This document shows, one piece after another, positions 29,898-39,042 of a stretch of DNA of 64,000 bases. Source of the stretch: Thermoanaerobaculia bacterium (GTDB taxonomy: Bacteria > Acidobacteriota > Thermoanaerobaculia > Multivoradales > Multivoraceae). Within the stretch, counting starts at the first letter, position 1, and every line of letters begins with the position of its first letter. The notes beneath the pieces were generated by a model, which saw only the letters and a list, made by a program, of their open reading frames with translations, was not told where the DNA came from and ran no database searches. Both the position numbers and the translations under genes were made by a program. Location of the stretch: positions 2,272,001 to 2,336,000 of the forward strand of contig OY761158.1 in assembly GCA_963664405.1 (NCBI GenBank). The letters run 5' to 3'.

Positions 29898-31577
29898 GTG
29901 TCCAACCGCAACAGAGAACAACCGCATTCGACCCCCGAGCGTCCAGCGGCAACGATCGCGCCGACCCTGACCCGGCGACAGCTTCTGGGTACCGCGGCAG
30001 CCCTCACCACCGGCGCGCTGGCCGGACCCGGCCGGAGCATGGCTCGAGACAGCGGCTGGGACAGCGGACGAGTCGCTCACCTCCTCCCCACCGCTAGTCA
30101 TGACCGATTCCTCATCAAGGCGTCTCTGAGCGAGCCGATCTCGGGAGTCCCGACCCTCAACCTGGGCCGACGCAATGTCGAGGGGACACCGACCGACACG
30201 CAAGGTCTTTTCTGGCTCTTCGACGCTGACGGGCTAGAAGCCGCGACCGACTACGAGCTTCGGCTTCGCGATGGCGGTGGCACGCCTCTCTGCGACAACT
30301 GGCCGTTGCGCACCTTCCCCAACCCGGAAAGCTCCCCCGAGCACGCGCGCGTCCTTCTCTTCACCTGTGCCGGAGGCCACCCGGATCTGAGGAGGGGGGG
30401 CCTACCCCATTACCTTCCGCTCTCCATCCGTCGCCGCCTGCTCCAGCGCGCCCTCTCGTTCGCGCCAGACGCAGTCATCGCCAACGGCGACCACATCTAC
30501 TGGGATCAGCGGACCCCGGGCCCTAACGGGCCGCCGCCGGAGTACCTCGAGCTAGCCGGCCACTTCGACCGCTCGCAGACCGTCCTCGGCACTGCCAACG
30601 AGACCGTCCTCAAAAGGGCGGTCGGGCCACAGGTCGCAGATCTCTATGGCACCTTGATGCGTTCGGCCCCTGTCTTCTTTCTCCAAGATGACCACGACTA
30701 TTTCGATGGCGACCGGGTAAGGTCATGGGTGGTCCCCTACCCACCCGACCCCTTCATGATCCGCGCGGCTCGGGCCAGCCAACGGCTGTTCTACCCGGAG
30801 TTCCTACCCGACTCCGAGCGTCCGCTGGGTCTGCCGAGCGCTTCTATGGCCGACCGGCCTCCTGGAGTTGGCGAGGCCTTCGGAACGCTGCGCTACGGTC
30901 GTCTGCTGGAAGTCCTCCTCTACGACTGCCGACGGCATCAAACGATCAAAGGCGACCTAGGCACACTGGTGCCCGAGCAAGCCGAGAAATGGCTATTGCG
31001 GCGAATGGCTGATCCGAAGATTGGAAACTTGGTGCAGGTCCCTTCTCTCCCGCTCGGCTGGACCGCGGGAAAGTGGGGCGAATGGTACCCAGACATCCTC
31101 GCCGAAGACGGAACCCTCGGCCTCTCGCGAGCGAAGGACTTCTGGCAGCAGGGATGGCTGCTTCAGCACGATCGTCTGCTCAAAGCCGCGTCAGCCATGG
31201 AGAGGTCGCCGATCTTCCTCAATGGCGACCTCCATTCGATCGCCGAGGCCACGATCTACAGCAGCGGCGACCTCGACCTCTCGGCCAACCCGATTCGCAC
31301 CGCCCTCGTCGGTCCGATCGGAACGCTGCGCGGCTGGCCCTCTGGTGGACGCGGGACGGTCGGCCAACTCTCGACAGTATTGCGAGGGGAAGAGGCCCTG
31401 GGGTGCGTCGAGGAGAACGGCTTCCTGATCGCTGACTTCGACCCAGAGGGGACCACTCTGCGCTTCTTCCGCTGGCGTCCAGGAGATCGGCAGAGAGGCG
31501 TCGGAAACGAAGAAGACATCGACAGTCTCGAGCCCTTTCGGACGGTGCGCTGGCCCAGGCGACCTCGACAGGCCTGA
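29898..31577 (+). CDS. Tat-exported PhoD-like metallophosphoesterase
   Basis: TRRQLL Tat motif; NGDHIYWD, DDHD and NGDLH motifs. Confidence 0.7.
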   Translation: MSNRNREQPHSTPERPAATIAPTLTRRQLLGTAAALTTGALAGPGRSMARDSGWDSGRVAHLLPTASHDRFLIKASLSEPISGVPTLNLGRRNVEGTPTDTQGLFWLFDADGLEAATDYELRLRDGGGTPLCDNWPLRTFPNPESSPEHARVLLFTCAGGHPDLRRGGLPHYLPLSIRRRLLQRALSFAPDAVIANGDHIYWDQRTPGPNGPPPEYLELAGHFDRSQTVLGTANETVLKRAVGPQVADLYGTLMRSAPVFFLQDDHDYFDGDRVRSWVVPYPPDPFMIRAARASQRLFYPEFLPDSERPLGLPSASMADRPPGVGEAFGTLRYGRLLEVLLYDCRRHQTIKGDLGTLVPEQAEKWLLRRMADPKIGNLVQVPSLPLGWTAGKWGEWYPDILAEDGTLGLSRAKDFWQQGWLLQHDRLLKAASAMERSPIFLNGDLHSIAEATIYSSGDLDLSANPIRTALVGPIGTLRGWPSGGRGTVGQLSTVLRGEEALGCVEENGFLIADFDPEGTTLRFFRWRPGDRQRGVGNEEDIDSLEPFRTVRWPRRPRQA

Positions 31578-31617
31578 AGCTCACTCCATACTCCGCTTGC
31601 TCCGCTGAACCGGCACC

Positions 31618-34155
31618 ATGACCTGGGAAATAGGCGACCGCCTGAGCCACCGGCTCAACGTCGATCTGGGAGCGGGTCAGGTGGTCGAAAATGAAGGCCG
31701 CGTTGTCGTAGTCCACTTTCCACGGGCGAACCAGACACTGCGCCTCGCGGCCGACTCGGAGGCCCTCGAGCCCCTGGTGCTCAAGGTCGGTGCCCATGTA
31801 CGCCACCTGCTCTCGGGCGAGAACGCGGTTATCGAGAGCTTCCTCCCAGACGGCCGAGTGCGACTCGCGAACGGCTGGGAGGGCGCGAATGACGAGATCT
31901 GGCCGGACGAAGTCGGCAAGAACTTGTTGGAGCGTCTCGAGGCCGGCGACGTCGACAGCCTCGAGGCCTTCTCGCTCCGTCTCGATGCTCTGCGACTGGC
32001 GGCCCTGCGCGAGGCCGACGGCCTCGGATCGTTCCTCGGGGGACGCATCCGTCTCTTCCCCCACCAACTCTACGTTGCGGAGCGGGCCACCCGCAGCGAC
32101 CCGGTCCGCTGGCTGCTGGCGGACGAGGTGGGGCTTGGCAAGACCGTGGAATCGTGCTTGATCCTCAACCATCTTCTCCACACTAGACGTGCCGATCGCA
32201 TCCTGGTCGTAGCCCCGGAGACCCTGACCGTCCAATGGCTGGGAGAGCTGTGGCGCAAGTACCACCAGGTTTTTGTCCTGCTCGATACGAAGAGGCTCGA
32301 GGATGTAGAGAAGGACTACGGAGAGGGATTCAACCCTTTCGATGCTTTCCGTCGCGTCATCGTCAGTCAGGAGCGGCTGGAGTCCACGCCACGGCTCAGT
32401 GAAATGGCAGTGGAAGCGGCAGTCGACGTCATGGTCGTCGACGAGGCGCATCACTTGAGACGCCCCCCGGGGCACCCAGGCAATCCTTCTTACCGTGCCG
32501 TAGCTCCGATCACGGCTGCCGCTCGGCACGTTCTCCTCCTGACCGCTGTGCCTCTGGAAGACGACGCTCACGGATTCTTCCGTCTCCTTCAGCTCCTTCG
32601 CGGGCAGGAGCTAAGCTCCTCGGCAGACTTCGAGGAATACCTTGGCGAGGGTCGTGAGCTACCCCCGTGCACCAGCGCGACCCGCCGGAGAGACATAGGT
32701 GGCCTACCCCCTCGTCGCGGCATCCCGGTCGACCTCGCCGACGACGATAGCTGGACCGCCCAGGAGGCCCCGGTCGAGTGGCTGTGCGGGCCCCAGGGGG
32801 GAACCCTGAGTGACAGACAGCGGGCCTCCATGATCCTCCGTGCCTTGTCATGGCCGGCGGCATTGGCAAGTGGCGCGAGTCACTCGAGGGACCCCGAGCT
32901 CTCCGAGTTGGCGGCCGCCGCAGGGGCATGCGACCCTCGAGTCGCGTGGCTGCGGGTCAGCGCGGCTGCCTGGGAGCGCGCCGATGAGCGGACCCTGGTC
33001 TTCGTTGCGGATCTCGAGACTCTGGAGGCGCTCCGAGAGGCTCTGCGCCAGCGCAGCGGGCTACGGGTTGGAACCTTCCACGAGCAGATGTCGGCCAAGC
33101 AGCGAGACATCGAAGTCGCGCAGTTCCGGCTCGCGGCAGGTCCGTCGATCCTGATCTCCACTGAGTGCGGCGGTGAGGGCAGAAACTTCGAGTTCTGCAC
33201 CCGCTTGGTCCTCTTCGACTTGCCCTGGAACCCGATCGTGGTCGAACAGCGCATCGGCCGTCTCGACCGGATCGGCCGCCGGCAGCCAGTCGAGATCGTC
33301 TACTTTCGCCCGCCCCGAGGTCTCGGCGCCACGGTCACCCGCTTCTACGAACGCCTCGGCCTATTCGAGCGACCCCTTGGCAGCCTCGAGCCCGAGCTGC
33401 GGGGAGTCGAGAAAGCGATCGAGAGTCTGGCGCTTTCGCCGGTGGCCCTTGGCGATCCACGAGAGGGTGACCTCGAGCGGTTACTCGAGGCGGCCCGCGC
33501 GGCTCTGGATCGCATCGAGGGAGCCGCCTACGCCGAGCTTCACCGCGCCCCCTACCGGCCGGAGATGGCAGAAAGCATCCTCGCCAGGGTGCCGGCCGAG
33601 CTCGAGGAGCTGACCCGCAAAGTGGTGTTGGCCGCCTGCCACGAGCTCGGTCTGCAAGTCGAAGAACACCGTGAAGGAGCGCGCCATTGGATAGAGCTCG
33701 ACGCTCGAGCTCGGGTCGAAAGCTTGCCGGGCCTGCCAGGAGAGCACAGCTTTCTCGGCACTTTCTACCGCGAGGAGGCGGTCGAGGATGAGACCATCGA
33801 CTACTTCGCTTCGGGACACCCGCTGGTAGAGGGAATCCTCGCTCACCTCGACGAATCGTCACTGGGGCGAGCAGCCCTGCTCGATGTCTTCGGCGAATCT
33901 GGGGGGAGACAGCTCGGCCTTCTCGCCATCTACAAGAATGGAGGCGGTTTCGAAGCGTTTGCCTTCGACGCCCAAGGTCGAGAGCACCCCGAGTGGAGGC
34001 AGCGTCTCACCGACCCAGAGCTCTCCGCCCCTCGCGTCCGTAGAGACGCCTGGGTAGCGCAGAGTGCCTGGCCGCAGCTGATCACGGCACTCGGCCGGGC
34101 TCTCGAGGGCCGCGGGCGCCCCGAGGCGGTAGCTGCCTTTCGAGCACCCGACTAG
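31618..34155 (+). CDS. RapA/HepA-like SNF2 helicase ATPase
   Basis: LLADEVGLGKT, VDEAHH, GGEGRNF, EQRIGRLDRIG and GHPLV motifs. Confidence 0.85.
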   Translation: MTWEIGDRLSHRLNVDLGAGQVVENEGRVVVVHFPRANQTLRLAADSEALEPLVLKVGAHVRHLLSGENAVIESFLPDGRVRLANGWEGANDEIWPDEVGKNLLERLEAGDVDSLEAFSLRLDALRLAALREADGLGSFLGGRIRLFPHQLYVAERATRSDPVRWLLADEVGLGKTVESCLILNHLLHTRRADRILVVAPETLTVQWLGELWRKYHQVFVLLDTKRLEDVEKDYGEGFNPFDAFRRVIVSQERLESTPRLSEMAVEAAVDVMVVDEAHHLRRPPGHPGNPSYRAVAPITAAARHVLLLTAVPLEDDAHGFFRLLQLLRGQELSSSADFEEYLGEGRELPPCTSATRRRDIGGLPPRRGIPVDLADDDSWTAQEAPVEWLCGPQGGTLSDRQRASMILRALSWPAALASGASHSRDPELSELAAAAGACDPRVAWLRVSAAAWERADERTLVFVADLETLEALREALRQRSGLRVGTFHEQMSAKQRDIEVAQFRLAAGPSILISTECGGEGRNFEFCTRLVLFDLPWNPIVVEQRIGRLDRIGRRQPVEIVYFRPPRGLGATVTRFYERLGLFERPLGSLEPELRGVEKAIESLALSPVALGDPREGDLERLLEAARAALDRIEGAAYAELHRAPYRPEMAESILARVPAELEELTRKVVLAACHELGLQVEEHREGARHWIELDARARVESLPGLPGEHSFLGTFYREEAVEDETIDYFASGHPLVEGILAHLDESSLGRAALLDVFGESGGRQLGLLAIYKNGGGFEAFAFDAQGREHPEWRQRLTDPELSAPRVRRDAWVAQSAWPQLITALGRALEGRGRPEAVAAFRAPD

Positions 34156-34182
34156 CCAGGCGATCCCAATTACTTCCTGCGA

Positions 34183-35328
34183 CTACAATCCATCACTATC
34201 ACCGAGGGTGTAGTGAATGCTGGTGTTCTCGAGGCTGAGGAAGTCCAACGCCTCCGCAGGCAAGCCGTAGTTTCGGTAAACGTTGATGACATTTAGCGGC
34301 TTGGAAAGAAAGCCCTGCGCCCGCAGCACCGCGCTACTGGGGTGATGCATCGGCAGCAGACAGGTCACCGAAGTACACCCTGCGGCAGCCAGTCCTCGAA
34401 CGGCAGCCTCTACTAAGACGGCCGCCACATCTGATCTGCCCGGCAGAGTGAGCAGGTCCGCCAGATACCCCCGGTCCTGATCGACCTTCGTTACCACGTA
34501 GCCGAGAATGGATCCCGCCTCATCCTCGTGCGCCCATACACTGGAGGGCCCACCACGAGGATCGCGATAGCGCCAGTTCAGATGCTCACTGGTGCGGCAC
34601 TGGATCAGATCGAAAGGCTTCGCGGCTTCCTCGAAGAAAGAGTCGAATCGCCCATCGAAGCGCTGGATAGCCACGATCGCACCCGACGAAGGCCTATCTT
34701 TCCGGCCCCCAGCCAGACTTCGCCACCCTCGAAACGCCCGCAGCCCTAGGGCTACGACTAGCGAAGGAGGGTGAAAACGCTTCTTCGCGCTCCACTGCTC
34801 GGCGAATCGACGGAGGTGTATGGGAAGGATGAACCCTTGCTGTCGATTCCCCACAGCTCGGCCACCGGCGTTGTCACCCCATCGTAATACTGCAGCATGC
34901 GTCGAATCCGAGAAAGTCAGATCATAGGAGTCCTTCAGTGTGGCCGCGAAGTGCTTCAGGAAGGCAGTGGAAACGCCCAACCCCCGATAGTCCTCTCCGA
35001 CGGCGAGGTCGACATAGCGGAGCAGCAGCCCCTCCTGCCCTCGAATCAAGATCCGCTGGGTGAGAAATAAAGTGAACACCGCAATCTCTCCGTTGTGCTC
35101 ACCAACTGCCGCTGCAAGTGGGGTCGCCGGGCTCTCCATCTTCCACCGCAGGTGGTCGGCAAGCGGCACACCTGGGTCGTAGTGCGGCCAGCCGCCGAAG
35201 GCCTGGTGGAGAAACTCGAGAACTCGCGACACCTCCTGCTCGGAGATGTCGGCGCGGTCGAGAAGGCGGAAGCTGAGATCTACTTCGACCTTCTCTGGAG
35301 AGGCGCTCGGCTTGGCGGGGTTCCCCAT
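34183..35328 (-). CDS. GNAT family N-acetyltransferase
   Basis: VDLAVGEDYRGLG and HLNWRY motifs. Confidence 0.75.
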   Translation of the reverse strand: MGNPAKPSASPEKVEVDLSFRLLDRADISEQEVSRVLEFLHQAFGGWPHYDPGVPLADHLRWKMESPATPLAAAVGEHNGEIAVFTLFLTQRILIRGQEGLLLRYVDLAVGEDYRGLGVSTAFLKHFAATLKDSYDLTFSDSTHAAVLRWGDNAGGRAVGNRQQGFILPIHLRRFAEQWSAKKRFHPPSLVVALGLRAFRGWRSLAGGRKDRPSSGAIVAIQRFDGRFDSFFEEAAKPFDLIQCRTSEHLNWRYRDPRGGPSSVWAHEDEAGSILGYVVTKVDQDRGYLADLLTLPGRSDVAAVLVEAAVRGLAAAGCTSVTCLLPMHHPSSAVLRAQGFLSKPLNVINVYRNYGLPAEALDFLSLENTSIHYTLGDSDGL

Positions 35329-35395
35329 CTCTCTTCAGGGGCAATGATAGGGCATCGCCGACGGAGAGCGGTAGCCGAGGCGGTGTCACGTCAGC

Positions 35396-36070
35396 TCAAG
35401 CCGTTACAGAAGCTCTATTCTCCCTGAGGGCAATCATCGGACACCAGGGGTCTTCTTCGATGTCGAAGCGAGCATCGCCGGCGAGGTATGTAGCGAGCTC
35501 CGGCACTTCAAAGAGCATCACTTCGCCGGCAAAGAGCTCGTCGCACATCTCTGCGCATTCCACAGCTCCGTTCTCGGACACCCACTGGTAGCAGCGGGTG
35601 CGAGTACGACCATCGAGCTTCGCTACCTTCGGCACCTTGGCCCAGGGATAAGCCCGGTAGTCGCGATTCTGGACGTCGAGGATCTTCACCATCAGCTCGG
35701 CGCTCTGCGTGTCGTCCGTTAGTGCCGCGTGCACTCTACCGGCGACTTCCACCGCCCGATCGAGCTCGCCGGTCTCGACCAGTGCGCCGGCGAGCAGGAG
35801 GTGGTAGCTGGTGTTGTCGGGAACACGCTCGAGGGCTCCTTGCCAAAGTTCTACAGCGGCCCAGGGCTCGAACGCCGGATCGAAGTCACGTTCGTCGAGG
35901 AAGTGTTCCCACGAGAACTCGTCGTGACTCTCGAGATGCTTGCGGACCTGGCGGCGGAGACGGCGGATGGCGGACCGGGGCGGCTTTGCCTCTGCGCAAC
36001 CGACCGTCAGCCCGTAACCCATCGAAAGAGAGATCGATGTCTTGGTTTTCATACTCAATGAAGACGACAT
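35396..36070 (-). CDS. hypothetical protein (TPR-like helices)
   Basis: 224-aa ORF; start uncertain. Confidence 0.55.
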   Translation of the reverse strand: MSSSLSMKTKTSISLSMGYGLTVGCAEAKPPRSAIRRLRRQVRKHLESHDEFSWEHFLDERDFDPAFEPWAAVELWQGALERVPDNTSYHLLLAGALVETGELDRAVEVAGRVHAALTDDTQSAELMVKILDVQNRDYRAYPWAKVPKVAKLDGRTRTRCYQWVSENGAVECAEMCDELFAGEVMLFEVPELATYLAGDARFDIEEDPWCPMIALRENRASVTA

Positions 36071-36098
36071 CCGATCTCAGAACCTTGCAGGGGTAGCC

Positions 36099-36441
36099 TA
36101 CGGAAATGATGGCTATCATTTCCTCCGACTACATTACATGGCGCCGAGGACGGCGCATCCAGACTACGGAAATGATGGCTATCATCTCCTCCAACTACAT
36201 TACATGGCGCCGAGGACGGCGCATCCAGACTACGGAAATGATGGCTATCATCTCCTCCAACTACATTACATGGCGCCGAGGACGGCACATCTGGAGCCTA
36301 CGGAAGTGATTGCTATCACTTCCTCCGGCTCTGACTACATGGCGCCGAGGACGGCGCATCTGGAGCCTACGGAAGTGATTGCTATCACTTCCTCCGGCTC
36401 TGACTACATGGCGCCGAGGACGGCGCATTTGAAACTACGGA
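36099..36441. repeat. five-unit tandem array of family P (66, 66, 68, 69 bp periods)
   Basis: TACGGAA(A/G)TGAT..CTATCA.TTCC...ATGGCGCCGAGGACGGCGCAT repeated. Confidence 0.9.
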
Positions 36442-36510
36442 CGACGCGAAAGCGAGGAACGATCGCGGCTACCGCAGTTCTTATAACCTCAGGTCAGGGA
36501 GCTCGAACGG

Positions 36511-37347
36511 ATGATCGAACGAACCGACAGATTGGCACTGGTGGTCTTGGACGCCGTGGCAGCAATCGACAGCTACGAACAGATCTTCGACTGCCGGGTG
36601 GTAGACGATCGTCCTGACGACGACGCCGGCGCCCGGCGGGTGACCCTACAGTGGGGCCAGGACCAACTCGAGCTCTACCAGCCGACCGGCCCAGGACACG
36701 CGGCGAGCTTTCTCGAGCGCGGCGGCCGAGGCCTGTTCGCGGGAGGCTTTTCGCTGGCAGACCCCGGCGCGCTTGCCGGTCGCCTCGAGAGCGAAGGCCT
36801 GCGCGTTCACGACCAGGGTGAAGAGCGCTACGTCATCTACCCCGACGACCTGGACGGAACCGGAGTCATTCTGTCGAAGGGAGTCGAGCGAGACCGAGTC
36901 GGTCTGAGCGACAAGATCTGGCAGATCACCTATGCCGTGCCCAGCCTGGAGAAAGCAGTCCCTCGATACTCGCGCCTCTTTCGCGTCGAGGACGACTTCA
37001 CCAATATCTACCAGAGCGAAGAGTTCGGTTACGACGCAGCGATCACCTGGTTCGATGCTCGCGACGGCGGCCTGCTCGACAGCCTGGAGTACCTCGAGCC
37101 CACTCGCGAGGACGTTGCTGTGTCACGCTTTCTCCATCGCAACGGGCAGGGCATTTACATGGCCTCGATCGAGACCGACGACACCGCTGAGATTCGGCGA
37201 CGCATCACCTCTACCGGGCCAGGCTGGGACGACCGCCCCTTCGGCGGCTTCATCCATCCTCGCCGCCTGCACGGACTCCTCGTCGCCCTCGTCAGCTACG
37301 AAGAGTGGAACTCGAGAAGGCCGCTCCCTACGGAAGAGCCCGAATAG
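36511..37347 (+). CDS. two-domain VOC/glyoxalase family protein
   Basis: LELYQP...FLERGGRGLF, LEYLEP...GQGIY and FIHP motifs. Confidence 0.75.
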   Translation: MIERTDRLALVVLDAVAAIDSYEQIFDCRVVDDRPDDDAGARRVTLQWGQDQLELYQPTGPGHAASFLERGGRGLFAGGFSLADPGALAGRLESEGLRVHDQGEERYVIYPDDLDGTGVILSKGVERDRVGLSDKIWQITYAVPSLEKAVPRYSRLFRVEDDFTNIYQSEEFGYDAAITWFDARDGGLLDSLEYLEPTREDVAVSRFLHRNGQGIYMASIETDDTAEIRRRITSTGPGWDDRPFGGFIHPRRLHGLLVALVSYEEWNSRRPLPTEEPE

Positions 37348-37355
37348 CGGCACGT

Positions 37356-37473
37356 GTCGGCCGCCCAAGTCGGGCGGCCTCCCTACGGAAGTGCTGGGAT
37401 AGCACTTCCTACGGTCGCTTCTTGCTGGCGCCGAGGACGGCGCGCGTCGGCCGCCCAAAGTCGGGCGGCCTCC
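37356..37473. repeat. family P unit flanked by two direct copies of a GGCCGCCC-N5/6-GGGCGGCC hairpin
   Basis: Directly visible between convergent genes. Confidence 0.75.
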
Positions 37474-37494
37474 AAGCTTCGATCGACCACGATC

Positions 37495-37941
37495 CTACGA
37501 GCAACAGCCGCTCGTCTCCTCCTTCGCCGAGATGGCGGGGCCCGACTCCTCTACCGCGGACTCCGCGAAGAAGGTCTCGGAATCTTCGAGAACCCGATAC
37601 CACTCCCACATCGCGCCGTCGGGGTCGTAGGCGATCACCTTGTTCTGGCGAGCGAAGCAGCAGGTGCCCTTCTGGGCCTCGTGGTCGATTCCTGTCTCCC
37701 GAAGTCTGTCTGTGGCCTCGTCGACCTTCGAGTCATCGAAGACCTCGACGCCGAGATGGTTGAGGCGTTCCGTACCCTCGGTGGCCTCGAACAAGACCAG
37801 CTTCAGAGGTGGCTCGTCGATAGCGAAGTTGGCGTAACCGGGCCTGCGCTTGTTTACTTCGGTACCGAATGCTTTGGTGTAGAAGTCGATCGCTTCGTCG
37901 AGATCACTGACGTTGAGTGCCAACTGTAAACGCATCTTCAT
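37495..37941 (-). CDS. ArsI/CadI family VOC metalloenzyme
   Basis: LQLALNV, RPGYANF, LNHLGVEV and TCCFARQNK...DPDG..WE motifs. Confidence 0.9.
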   Translation of the reverse strand: MKMRLQLALNVSDLDEAIDFYTKAFGTEVNKRRPGYANFAIDEPPLKLVLFEATEGTERLNHLGVEVFDDSKVDEATDRLRETGIDHEAQKGTCCFARQNKVIAYDPDGAMWEWYRVLEDSETFFAESAVEESGPAISAKEETSGCCS

Positions 37942-38024
37942 GTCCTCCGTTATTAATTTCTTATTTCTGGAACTATCGAAATATAACTCGCGACTCTACT
38001 TCCTACCGAACTTCCATGGTTCTC

Positions 38025-38342
38025 CTAGGCTGTGCTCCCTAGACAGATGACCGAGTTGCGGGAGCAGCACTCGGCGTAGAGAAAGTCGAGGATCTCGCTG
38101 AGCGAGTCCGTGCCTGCGCGGTATCGCAGAAAGCGCCCTTCTCGCTCCTGCTCCACCAAGCCCTGATGACGTAGAGCATCGAGATGGTGAGACAGGGTCG
38201 AGGCGGGAATGCCGAGCTCGGCCTGAAGCTCCCCCACCACCAGGCCACCGGGGTGCGCCGCTAAAAGCAGGCGCAGAACACGCAGCCGTGCGCCGTGACC
38301 GAGGGCCGCGAAACGCTGGGCGAGAAGCTCGGGGTCGCTCAT
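38025..38342 (-). CDS. arsR: ArsR/SmtB transcriptional regulator
   Basis: FAALG...RL, STLSHHL and FLYAECC motifs. Confidence 0.85.
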   Translation of the reverse strand: MSDPELLAQRFAALGHGARLRVLRLLLAAHPGGLVVGELQAELGIPASTLSHHLDALRHQGLVEQEREGRFLRYRAGTDSLSEILDFLYAECCSRNSVICLGSTA

Positions 38343-38380
38343 TACATTTCTATTATTCTCGAATTATAGAAATGTGTCAA
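38343..38380 (-). promoter_or_regulatory. arsR promoter and operator
   Basis: Minus strand TTGACA-N17-AATAAT; inverted repeat ATTTCTAT...ATAGAAAT; related site at about 37955-37983. Confidence 0.6.
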
Positions 38381-38469
38381 GGGCAACGAGAACTGCTTTT
38401 CCACGCCCCTGAGAATATTCGGGTGGCACCTAATCGGAGCACCCGGAGCACCCGTGGCAGTTCGGCCTC

Positions 38470-38751
38470 TTAGCGCCCAACCCCTGGCGCACGGGAAGAG
38501 AACAGGGTCTCCTCGATCGGAACGTTCTTCTCGATCTTGTCGATCTCCACCACGGTCTCACCGCTCATCGGGTTGCGCACCATGGTACAGAAGGCGGTCC
38601 GGACGCCTTCGGCCTGGCGATAATCGTCGTAGCTCATGACGGTGGGCACCGCGAAGCCGGCGCTCGCCATGCGGGCGAGGGACCGACCCTTGCCGCCAAC
38701 CGTTTCCAGGGCGTCGTTCTCTGTATCGAGTGCAGTCGTATAGTCGGCCAC
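38470..38751 (-). pseudogene. chimeric remnant: PEP-synthase/PPDK-type N-terminus fused to an unrelated C-terminus
   Basis: LETVGGKGRSLARMASAGFAVP, then YDDYRQAEGV...IEKNVPIEETLFS. Confidence 0.55.
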
Positions 38752-38870
38752 GAATCTGTCTCCAACATCGGATGGTGTGAGGGGACTTTGCGGTCGGGAA
38801 GCGAACGAAGAACCGCTACAATGGTCGGACAACGGAACTAGACCAGCGTTTCCAAAGTAGCGCTACGGAA

Positions 38871-39037
38871 CTAGACCAGCGTTTCCAAAGTAGCGCTACA
38901 TATCTCGGCCCGTTCTGCCCCGCTGGCGGCGTTGCGCCTCCTCGACATATTCCCCAATATGCCTACGTCGGCGCGCCTTGCCAGCGAACAGAATGATCGC
39001 GAGCTATTGTAGCGCGACTTTGGAAACGCTGGTCTAG
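38871..39037. mobile_element. MITE-like element type A with a 33-bp duplication of its left junction
   Basis: Terminal IRs as in other type A copies; 38832-38864 repeated at 38865-38897. Confidence 0.85.
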
Positions 39038-39042
39038 GACAA

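Noticed and set aside
31618-34155. SNF2 ATPase or SbcCD as a defence system
   Set aside because: Both look like ordinary RapA-like and SbcCD housekeeping genes with no defence-type neighbours
36099-36441. CRISPR or guide-RNA array, and ORFs 36042-36617 and 36106-36309
   Set aside because: The variable segments are shared between adjacent units, and the ORFs are translations of the repeat
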